In this document: one piece after another, positions 38,500-49,400 of the stretch
Layout of the letters: each line of letters opens with the position of its first letter
Numbering within the stretch: position 1 is the first letter of the stretch
Source of the DNA: Octopus bimaculoides
Taxonomy: Eukaryota
Direction of reading: 5' to 3'
Assembly: GCF_001194135.2 (NCBI RefSeq)
Contig: NC_068982.1
Location: 104,405,411 to 104,460,707, forward strand
DNA: 55,297 bases
Program-made: the position numbers and the translations under genes
The notes under the pieces: generated by a model
Seen by the model: only the letters and a program-made list of their open reading frames with translations
The model's database searches: none
Told to the model about the DNA's origin: nothing

Positions 38500-39040
38500 A
38501 TCTGTCACTGTTAGCAGTCAACTCAGTCAAACTATTTCTCTTAGTGCTAACAACAGACTCTGTTGGGTCATACTTGTTAATGATAGTAAACAGTTTTCAT
38601 TGGGTCATTCCATCTAATGGTAACAACAGATTCTTTTGGGCCATCCCATCAAAAATGTAATAATAGATTCTGTTGGGCCATTCCATATAATGGTAACAAC
38701 AGATTCTTTTGGGTCATCCTATCAAAAATGTAATAATAGACTCTGTTGTTCATTCTACCTAATGATAACAACAGACTCTATAAAGTTATACTCCTGAATG
38801 ATAACTTGGGCCTCTATTCAGCCATTTCAACTGGTGGGAACAATAGACTCTGTTGAACCATTTCTAATGCTCAGAACTGACACTGTGCAGCTGTTTCATC
38901 TAATAATAGCTTCAGTCAGTGTTGAGCGATTTCATATAATGGTAACAACAGGTTCTGTTTGGCCATTCCCCTTAATGGTTAAAAAACAGCCTCTGTTGCA
39001 CCAATCTTCTTCTCATTAGCATTAACAGAATCTGTTCAAC
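38500..39040. repeat. Degenerate minisatellite, ~36-37-bp unit, about 14-15 copies
   Basis: The recurring AACAGA(C/T)TCTGTTGGG(C/T)CATTCCAT core starts at 38554, 38591, 38627, 38664, 38700, 38737, 38772, 38844 and onward. A 73-bp dimer is nearly exact at 38627/38700. Confidence 0.85.
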
Positions 39041-39864
39041 TACTTTCTTTCTTTTTAGCTGCTTCTTTTCTTAACTAAAATAATGACTTCAGATATTTTA
39101 ATTTGGGAAAACTCTTTTATTTTATCTATTTGTTGCTTTAAGTATGGTTCATTTATTGGATTATTGGCACATATATTGATTTTAAGAATATCTAAGCTGG
39201 CTTCTACTCATTGTATTCCTGATAAGGACTCATTTTCGTATGACATTTTTTGTTTTTTTCATGATTCATATAAAAATACTAATACACAACTACAGAAATT
39301 TAACTATTTTTTTGCTTTCATTCTAAACTTATCCATCTATAGATAATTTATTATGAGGAATTCAGTTCTATAAATCTTTGAAGAACAATCTCAGTTTTTC
39401 TCTCTAAGATGTGCCAGTAAAACTTGTAAATGACTTTAGTATTTTTTATATGTCACAAAGTCTGGTCCATTGATATTTGTCGCTGCTGTGCATTATGTAT
39501 TTATTATTGTACTTTTGTTTCTTTTCTAAAGGTGAACTTTTTATTCGCTTTTGGTATTTTCATTTCTGTTATTTGTCTTGTCATTCTATAAATAAGTGTA
39601 TATACAAACATATAAATACAAACATACACACACACACACACACACACACATACATACATACATACATACATACATACATACGATGTATATAATTAGGCCT
39701 TTCTGCACTATTCAGAGTTTCATGTAATAGATGTTTCATCATGATATGTGTATAATGTGAAACTCTAAGTAGCAGTGCAAAAGGCACCAGTCAACTACAT
39801 TAAAAAATAATTCTATAGTATTGAGTACTCTTTCTCTCATTCATGACTGTATATATATAAATAT

Positions 39865-39954
<90 letters not shown>

Positions 39955-40269
39955 AATAGCTTGTTTGTAATCTTATTCACAGTGATATTGTATAAGAACA
40001 TCTTTGTGTGTAAAGACACTGATATGTACACTTGTATTTATAAAAAGAAATCATTCTATATGAATACTATGCACCTTTGACATTCTGCATCACATGTATG
40101 TCTCATGATAACTTGTATTTGTTTGTTTTTTGTTTTGTTTTTCATTGTTTACTTCAAGTTTTTTTTATATATTTATCTTTGATTTATTGTCCCAACTCTT
40201 CCCAAAATGTTCTTGTCTTTTGGGGGGGTTTTTCTCCAAACTTCATGAAAATACCTTACTCTATTTGCA

Positions 40270-41570
40270 TTTAAATCTCATTAAAAACAACTTTATCTTT
40301 CATCCTCTAAGGGAGATTGATAAATTAAGTAGCAGGCAAATGCTGAGGTTGATTCAATAGAAAACACCTTTCCCCCAAATGTATGGCTATGGTGGCCTGT
40401 TTAAGAAATTATTCTAGTGAACAGAATCTGTGGGACAGGGGAAAAAAATGCTTTCCAGTATTTATTCTGGTTCTTTAACTTGTAATTTCAAATTCCATAC
40501 CAGTCACCTTTGCCTTTTATTCTTCTGAGGTTGATCAAATAATATACTAGTCATATGCTAAGATCTATGTAATTAATTGTTCCCCCTTATTATTATTGTT
40601 GTTGTTATTATTATTATTATTATTATTATTGTTATTATTATTATTATTAGTAGTAGTAGTAGTAATAATAATAATAAGGCAGAATCATTAGCACACCAGG
40701 CAAAATGCTTAGTGGTATTTTGTTCATCTTTACGTTCTGAGTTCAAGGTCATCTTTGCCTTTCGTCCTTTCAAGGTTGATAAATCAAGTGTCACTCAAGT
40801 ACTGAGGTCAGTGGGATCGACTTACCTCCTTCCCACAAATTTCAGACTTTGTGCCTATAGTAGAAAGGATTATTATGTTTATTAAAGAGCTGAAGGATTG
40901 GTAGAATCATTAGAGCTTTGAACAAAATACCTTGGGATAATTAGTTCCTGCTCTTTACATTCTGAATTCAAATCCTGCTACAGTCAATTTTGCCTTTCAG
41001 AGTCAATAAAACAGAATGCCAATGAAGTATTGAGGTTGATGTAATTGACTATTTCCCTCACCTATAATTTGATGCTTTTTGCCTTTGGAAGAAATCATTT
41101 TAATCATTAGAGCAATGAGTTGGCTGAATCATTTGTGTCAGAAATAGTACATCACAGTATTTCTTCCTACATTTATGTTCTGAGTTCAATATCTTCTGAA
41201 GTCAGCTTTACCTTTCCTCTTTTTGGGTTTGATGAAATAAAGTATCAGCCAAGTTCTGGGATTGGTGGTATCAGCCAAATCCCTACTTCTGAAATTGCTG
41301 GCCTTATGCCAAAATTTGAAACCATTAATTATTATTATTGTTGTTTTTATTATTATTATTATCATTATTATTAAGGCAGAAGCTGGCAGAATTGTTAGTG
41401 CACAGAACAAAATACTTAGCTGTAATTTGTCTGTCTTACATCCTGAGTTCAAACTCTGCAAAGGTTTCAGGGTTTATTAAATGAGTATCAGCTGAGCACT
41501 GGAATCAATGTTATCAGCTAGCTCCTCCAAGGAAATCTCAGGCCTTGTCACTATAATACAAAGGATTTTA
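40270..41570 (+). mobile_element. Head-to-tail array of about six diverged SINE family B copies with (ATT)n spacers
   Basis: Copies at about 40270-40400, 40410-40590, 40676-40870, 40885-41100, 41107-41325 and 41372-41570. Confidence 0.75.
40588..40676. repeat. (ATT)n/(GTT)n/(AGT)n/(AAT)n compound trinucleotide repeat
   Basis: Direct inspection. It explains the poly-Ile/Ser/Asn ORFs at 40573-40885. Confidence 0.95.
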
Positions 41571-41936
41571 TTATTACATTTTCCAATTTTTTTTTTGTAA
41601 CCATTTAATATATTGTTACTTTTTCCCTACACATAAGGTAAGTAATGTTTCATTTATAATTCACCTTTGATTTTATTTATTGATCATTGCATTAATTCAT
41701 TCTTTGCTAAAATTAAATATATGCAAAATATGTCCCTATACATGCTTTTCTGATTTTTTTTTTTTTTTCAGTACATATTTTAAATATCAGTGTTTATTTC
41801 TACAGGCTGTTACTACTCTAGCTATGAAAAATATTCTTTTTCGTTGTTTATTATTCATACAGTTGTTTTTGCTCCCCTTTCTTTCTTTCTGTCTCTCAAA
41901 ATTTTTGAGATAATTCATCTTTATTTCTTTTTACAG

Positions 41937-41942
41937 CATCGG
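41937..41942 (+). CDS. slo: Candidate 6-nt microexon CATCGG adding Ala-Ser to the RCK1-RCK2 linker, phase 1-1
   Basis: Long pyrimidine tract ending tttatttctttttacAG, then CATCGG, then GTaaga. Frame-preserving. Three TGCATG motifs lie downstream (42128, 42428, 42468). There is no transcript evidence. Confidence 0.55.
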
Positions 41943-42149
41943 GTAAGAAAATACAGCACTTTGTAACTATTATGGTTAGATGGCAGTAATATGCCACACA
42001 CATCTTGTGCTTTATTTAATGCATTTAAATCATTGTAGTTATTGTTGTTGTGGTTTCAACCATTGTATCTTTTGATTTTTAATAGTTAGTAAAGCCATGC
42101 TAGTAGTTGATTGGTATACCCTTTGTTTGCATGAATTGGATTTACCCTT

Positions 42150-42199
<50 letters not shown>

Positions 42200-42899
42200 A
42201 TATATATGTTTATATATTTGAGTTTTTTTCTCAGTTAATGTTTTATGGCTGTTGTAAGTTGAATAAATGATATCATCCCAGTTTATATTAGATATAACAA
42301 ACCTTTGCCAGACACTGTACACACTCTAACCCAATGGTATATTGAGCACTTTTATGCTTTGTTCCACAAAATATAGAAGATATATTACTCACTGTATTTA
42401 GTCTTGTATATGCTGTACCCTATACTTTGCATGGAAAAGCTGATCCAAATTTGTTATTATCTAATTCTGCATGGAAGATGAGACTAGAAGGGTCAGGGAG
42501 CTTTTCAAAATTGTATAACATGTGTACCGTTCTTAGTAGAGTTAAACAATTAAATTTTTAACACATTGATTATAGAATAACCACATCATGCATAATACAT
42601 AACCAAAAATTATATTATGATATCAAAGAAAACCATTAAAGCAAATTTAATAAGTCATCAATTAACGTTCAAGGTTAAGCTCAATTATGAAACCATCAAT
42701 CAATAACAAAATATTATTAATTACAACTTTAAGAAATCAATGTTAAAATCAATTTAAAAGTCAAAGTTAAATGTTTCCTCATCACTGATGCTAAAAACGA
42801 CCTCCTATTTCTTGTATCAAATGTTTGTCTGCATCCTATGATGTTATTAATTCATCCATCTTCTTATGTTTTGGTTGTGTTGGTCATTAACTCGCAAAT

Positions 42900-43030
42900 A
42901 GTAATCTTCAGAAGCCCTCTATTTTCAAGAAGCTCTAAATTACTATCTCATTAGAAATATCATTCTATGCATTCTTCACCCATTATTTTATAAGGGACAC
43001 ACTTGGTTTCTTGAAGTTGCCATTTTTGGT
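42900..43030 (-). mobile_element. Fossil pogo/Tigger-like (DDE_1) transposase C-terminal fragment
   Basis: The minus frame reads TKNGNFKKPSVSLIK*WVKNA*NDISNEIVI*SFLK, matching the T..GN.K.PS....W...AW..I....I..SF.K pattern. Three stops. Confidence 0.55.
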
Positions 43031-43316
43031 CAGTTTCTTTTAGTATGAAGACATTCAGGTCATCTGCATCTGACACATTCTATCCTTCAATAACTTATTC
43101 AGCACCACATCCTTCAGATGACAGTGAGGCAATCCAAGGTTGTGGTAGAAGACATCCAAGGTGTTGCACAGTGGGATGAAGCCTCAGACCACATGAGTGT
43201 GAGATGAACTTATCATTTGGCAATGCTTGTAACATTACATGTATGTCTAAACTTAGCTAAGCACTTACGCATTCAAACATACATGTACACACATATGCAC
43301 TCATACATATACGCAC

Positions 43317-43625
43317 AGGCTCTTCTTGATATATAGAAAAGGTGTAGGTAGAAACTCCATAAGATGTACCCGGTGCAAGCTATGGACACATAAGAGGTGC
43401 AGCAATATCAGAGGAAAGTTAACAGGGAAAATGGTCTCTGTGTGTGGCAGATGCACAGGTATAATAAACACTAGAAATATACAGAAAATAGATTCTACCA
43501 GATGCCAAGTGGGATATCTAGAAGATGATGATTGCTTTCATTATCTAGGTGACCAAGTCAGCAGTAGTGGTAGATGCCCTGAGAGTGTAGCTGCTAGAGT
43601 AAGAATAGGTTGGGCAAAGTTCAGT
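43317..43625 (+). mobile_element. RTE-clade LINE ORF fragment (Cys-rich zinc-binding insert after RT)
   Basis: RKGVGRNSIRCTRCKLWTHKRCSNIRGKL...CGRC...F.YLGDQVSSSGRCPESVAARVRIGWAKF is typical of RTE/BovB-like ORFs. It is homologous to the VHKKCSGIK remnant at about 33200. Confidence 0.8.
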
Positions 43626-45624
43626 GTGCATGTATGACAGAGTGTAAGCATCTTAAGAGAAAAAAATGGGTATAAGGGGCATCAGATGTGGTATGTAAGA
43701 GAGATGACTGTGCTGATATGGCCATGTGATGTGTATTTACTTTGTTATATTGTTTAGTACATCAAAAGAATTGACATTGTTAATCAATTCATGTGTTACT
43801 TTTTCATTAACTTAATTCCTTTTGATTAAAGTGCTCTGGTTAATTAATATAGAATAATAGAAATTTAGCTTTAATTAACAGAGATCCAACTAATTATTCT
43901 GGGGAAAATATCTTAAGGAAAAACACAGAGAATAGTGAAGATCTCTGCAAAACTTTGGAGGAAAGGGAGGGCAAAAGGAGAGGAAAGAAAAGGAGGGGGA
44001 ATAATTGGTATATAGAGATAGCTATAATCACAGCAATCATAACCTATAAATGCTTAAATAGAAAAAAAATAGGGTAAATCTAATGGAGAAAGTAAGCAAC
44101 ACTGTTGGCAGAAGATGGTGTTGACATAACAAACAAATAAATGTGTATACTAGACTAATGAAAGTAGTTTAGGCTATAATCAGTGTCAACATAAAGGATA
44201 TAAATATTGTAAAGATACCACCTAAGGTTAAGAGCAAACTATAAAATTAGTTCATTATAAAATATATAAAATTACAATCATTGGTGTATGCCATTAGAAC
44301 TAAAGGTACACAAAAGTAGCTTAAATATGATCAGTTATTAGTATTAGCAGTATTAAGCTATGCTAGGCTACCTAAATATAATCTATGACTCTTATTACTA
44401 GTAATTAAGGTCTGTATTGTAAGTTATAGATATGTATCTAGACTCAGAGAAGACTTTATAGAATTGGCTTAAAGTATAAGAAAGTTCTATGGATAGAATG
44501 TAAACATTTGATCCTTAATTCATCTGATCTATTAACAGTTTAAGATTTCTGACAATTCCTAACAGCAAAGATTGCAATCATATCTATCACTTACATAAGG
44601 CTTAACATGTCTAGCAACATTTCACATTAGAGGGTACTCAATATTTTTGTCCTTTAACTCCCAGACTTTCACAGAGAGCAATATTGTTTCCACTTTATCT
44701 CTCCTTGTAAATGTGTGATTATAAATCTTGATTTAAAATTAGAGGAAATGGATCCTACATAAGTGAAAGTCTATAGATTAGTTTTACCATTACATTTATA
44801 CACAAGGTTTTGATCAGGTATTTATTTCCTAGCATTTCTTCTAAAAATTGCATAATCTAGTTAATGTCAGGATGGAAATATTGTGGGTTACATAACTCAT
44901 ACTACTACGCAGTACACAGCTATAATCAGTAGAGTGTGCAGTAGCCACTCCATCAACACTTACATTACCATGATTTGTACTGTTGCTTTGTATATATGCA
45001 TATATACGCAAAAATATATGTATGCATACATCATATCAAAAGCAAGTAATATAAGCGAAACTCCGTTGGGTTTGACAATGAATATTTACAGTTGTTCAAT
45101 CAACTGAACTTACCAAAGTACTCAATATTCACCTATACATGGAACATAGTATATAATTTTAGGGTTCTGTAGAAACTTCTATTTGATGGCTTTACATTGT
45201 ATCTAGGAATCTGGACACCACAATCTTCATCAGACTTTTGAAATAGATCCAGATATAAAAGATAAGTTTGCTTTTCCTACAAACCATAAAACCATGGTGC
45301 AGGAAAAACCAAATGCACTAAATATATATACATATGTATGTGCATACACTTGTATGTATAAGCACATGCATTATTTATGACTAGGCCTATCTGTTTCAAA
45401 AGTAATAAAACTTGTCTTTGTGTTACCATAATTAATGTAATAATTATAAACTATATAAGTTTTAATTACATGCTTTGCTGTTTCATTTGTAGATTAGATT
45501 AGAAATACATAGTTTAACTATTAACATTCTAGATTGCAAATTTTGGTGTTGATGTTGTTTAGTTGGTTTTATTTGTTATAGATTTTTAATACCAAAATTC
45601 CCTATGGAATATTCAACAATGAGG

Positions 45625-45684
<60 letters not shown>

Positions 45685-46189
45685 AAACTTACTTGGAAGA
45701 GGATGCATAGCATTCAATCATATAATAATATAAATAATATATATATATGCATATATACATATGTATATGTACATACTTACATCTATACGTGTGTATATAT
45801 ATATATACATACATATATATTTTTTACTTCAGTTACCGACCCATTTTCTCTTTTGCTACTTTTATTATCAGCTGTTATTAGAGTAACATAGATTGGCTGC
45901 TGAAGTGAAGATATTAGAAAAGTTTCAAGTTAATAGACAATATTATGAAGGGTGGTACTAAAAATGATGAAGATGATAATAATGCTATAGTTATGTTGGT
46001 TGTAATATAGTTTGAATTATCTTCAGTATTTAGAATGATGAATGTTATATTTCTTGTGAGACAACTGCAAGAATCAAATCAAACAAACAAGATAATTGTG
46101 TATTTGTTGACCTATAAAAACCTATGATGATGTCCCACACTCTTTAGTGTGATAATTAAAAAGAAATCTAGGTATGTATGAATGGTAAA

Positions 46190-46470
46190 TGACAAATATT
46201 TATGTTATTAATGGTAAGACAAAGAGTCAGGGTTATTGTAATCTCAGACATATAGAGGAATGCATGGTGTGTCATAACCAGTTTTCTTTTGTCCATTCTA
46301 TTCTATGAAACAGTTACAAATCAAATACCATTAAGAACTTTTTTATGTTAATGATTTGGTTCTTGTTGCAAAATATTTTGAAGAACCACGGAAACCAGAA
46401 GCTTTGAAGAGTAAGCTTCATTAAATGAATTGAAGATAAATGTGGCTATCATAAGTTAGAATTAGAAACT
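46190..46470 (+). mobile_element. Highly decayed reverse-transcriptase fossil (RTE-like)
   Basis: Remnant frames YVNDLVLVAK (cf. YADDLVLIAE) and ELKINV (cf. GLKVNV). Very diverged. Confidence 0.35.
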
Positions 46471-49400
46471 ACACCTTCAAAATCAAGAAGAAGCCTTGTT
46501 CACTATGAAAGGAAAGAAAATCATGGAATTAAATACTATGAGGTTTGTGGAACAATTGTATCAGCAAAAATAAAGAAAGGTGCAATGAGATCTCTGGTAG
46601 ATTGACTGAAAGCTGAATTTTAAGTGTAACACATGAGGCAGAATGGCTTAGAATATAAGAAATCATGACTTTAAACCAGAAATTTTTCAGATGGCACATA
46701 GATGTTGTTGGCAGAATTAGTGATAGCATAATTACTAGGAGGTTGGAATTAATGATTTTATAGTGACTATGATGTAGATAGGAGATAATTTTATAGACGT
46801 GATATTGCAAAAAAAATAATGATATATTTTTACCATGCAAAAACCAGATTATTTAGCTAATGTTTAAGAAGTGTTATCCTGTAATTTTAGCAAAACATGA
46901 GCAATGAAAGAGAAATTGGACTTTGTCTATAAGATGATTCTTGCTAAATTAATGATAAAGACTATACAAGTATTCAAGAAAGCATTAAGGAACATATAAC
47001 AAAAGAATATTGAATATGCTAGGTAAAAAGTGCTGTGAGTTTGTGATAACAGGTTCTTATGTTAAAGATAAAATAAGGAATTCCTAGGAAGAATTAGTTC
47101 AGAATTCACAATATTTAGCTTCAGAATTGGAAAGGGAATGACATAGATACATAAAAAGAAACTTCATTGCAATCCAGTGACGATGATTAGTTTCTCTACT
47201 GACATATATTAGAAATTCCTCAAACAAATAAATAAGTTGTATAATAGTGTTTACTTAAGTGTAATTTTGTTGGAAACTCCTATTTAACTTGCCAATTAAT
47301 CAATATAGCTTTTCACATCAGTGACTATGGAAATGTTTCTAAACACACTTAAGTGTTAATAGCAGGAGATACCAGCTTCTCAGTCAAGTAGAATATATTA
47401 TGCTCGATTTGGCATAGGATGACTTGTCTATTCATTCACAACCACGTGGTGAAATTATAAACACACAAGGAAAAACAATCTGGCTGGAAAGGAATTTATT
47501 TTCAACAATGTATCCTTAATGAATGTTCTAATAGTTGTCAATGCTACTGTTTTAGCTGCTACACTATTATTGGTATGTCATGGTCTGAAAAATTTGCCTC
47601 ATTTTATAAACTAGGGTGAGCACAAACATTATTTACTCTTGTGCATATGAAAACGGAGTGAGTAGTGGTGATCCTAAAGGTTTTCAGATTTTACAGATTT
47701 ATCTTTAGGTGTGCGGATAATAATCAGTTGAGGTTACAGAGTCACTGCAGGAAATACACTTTCTTGTTCTGAATACAAATTCACACACACACACACACGC
47801 ATGTAATTTTCAGCATATGAGTATTTGAAGGAAAGGGTTAAAAAAAAAGAAGCTACATCTATTTGTGATGGATGAGTGAATGTAATTTGAGTCCAGGTAT
47901 GGATTTTGTTATGAAGTCACAATAGGGATAATTATGGTTTGGATTCTGCCTGGGATTGTGTTTGTTGATCACAGGATATAATTCTTTTATTGTTTTGCTT
48001 CCTAACTCAAATTGTTTAACTGCATTATGACACATTTTATACCACTCAGATCAATCTAGGCAATAACTTTCCCAAGATGTTGAATAAAGCTGTAGGGATT
48101 GTCTCAACTTATCTTTATATATATATATATNNNNNNNNNNNNNNNNNNNNNNNNNNNNNNNNNNNNNNNNNNNNNNNNNNNNNNNTATATATATAATCAT
48201 AGTTTTGTGGCCAGTTTCTGTGATGCATGAGTTGGACAGATCTTATCTCCTAGGCAAGCTAGGGAACCATATCCCATTCCAAGTTCCGGTTTTGAGCTTT
48301 GTTTCCATGGCTGGATGTTTTTCTTAGCACCAACCATTTTACAGAATCGACTGGGTGTATTATATGATGGCACCAACTCTAAAAAATGTTTCATAGTTTT
48401 GACAAGACTAAATGTCTTGACCTGCTTAATAGAATGTATTAAGTGCCTTTTATTGTGGCACGAGCACTTGAGAGAATTGCTATGTCTTTGAGAACACTCA
48501 GTGGTACTCTTGATTCCCATGTCTCTGCTCCTTCTCATTCTCACTTTACAGAGTGTCCTAGCTGGAATTTTGGTGGCACTAACACAAGTGGGGTTGCCAA
48601 TTACCATGTAAGAATAGAGAGTCCTCATCACTGGAATGCACTTGTTCACTCAGGACGACTATGTAGCTAATGAGCTGAATAGAAGAGAACAACAATGATA
48701 GAAGAACCAGCGTAGGTGGAAAAGAGGAGCAAGAGTGTGATAGTAAAAGTAACATCTTTCCTTCACTGCATTTACCTACTGCCCTTTACTCTCTGCTTCA
48801 TTTTCCTTCTACTGCCTCTCCCCACAGCTTCCCCTCCTCCAACATCTCTTCCAATCATTCTTCCTCACAACTCCCACATCTCTCCTTTGATTACTTTCTC
48901 AAGATTCCTGTCTACCTTAATCTATTTCTCCTTTTTCTCCAACTTTCTGTCCATACTCACTTCTTATGATGTTGGATAACCCTAAATCTCCACACACATC
49001 CCACTCATTCACCTTTCAACTCTAACCTCCCCCTTTTTCTCAACCCCTGTTCCTACTCCCTTTTTTTCCTGTTCCTTGTCAACTCCTCCCCATCTTTTCA
49101 TCTTATAATCTCTTATTCCTCTACTTAGAATCATTGCTAACTCTTAGTTGTATGGGCCATTTTTCCGTCCTTAGTCTTGTAAGTTACAAGGCAATCTTCA
49201 GTAGCACTGGTGTCATAAGAAAAAAAGACACCCATTACATTCTGAAAAGTAGTTATCATCAGGAAAGGCATCCACCCATAGAAATTATGTCAAAGTAAAC
49301 ATTGGTACATGACACAGTCCTCCAGTTCACCAGATCCACTCAAACTCTCCAACCCATACCAGCATGGAAGCCAGATGTTAAATGATGCTGATGTATGTAG

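Noticed and set aside
38500-39040. Regularly spaced short palindromes with ~36-bp period resembling a CRISPR array
   Set aside because: Eukaryotic intron, the whole unit is homologous with no unique spacers, and there are no cas genes; it is a minisatellite.
42235-42253. 19-nt segment between tttttttctcAG and GTaagt
   Set aside because: Frame-shifting and with no peptide similarity. It could be a poison exon, but such pairs are expected by chance in AT-rich introns.
47680-47712. Possible 12- or 21-nt exon ending TTTAG|gtgtgc
   Set aside because: Weak pyrimidine tract and weak donor.
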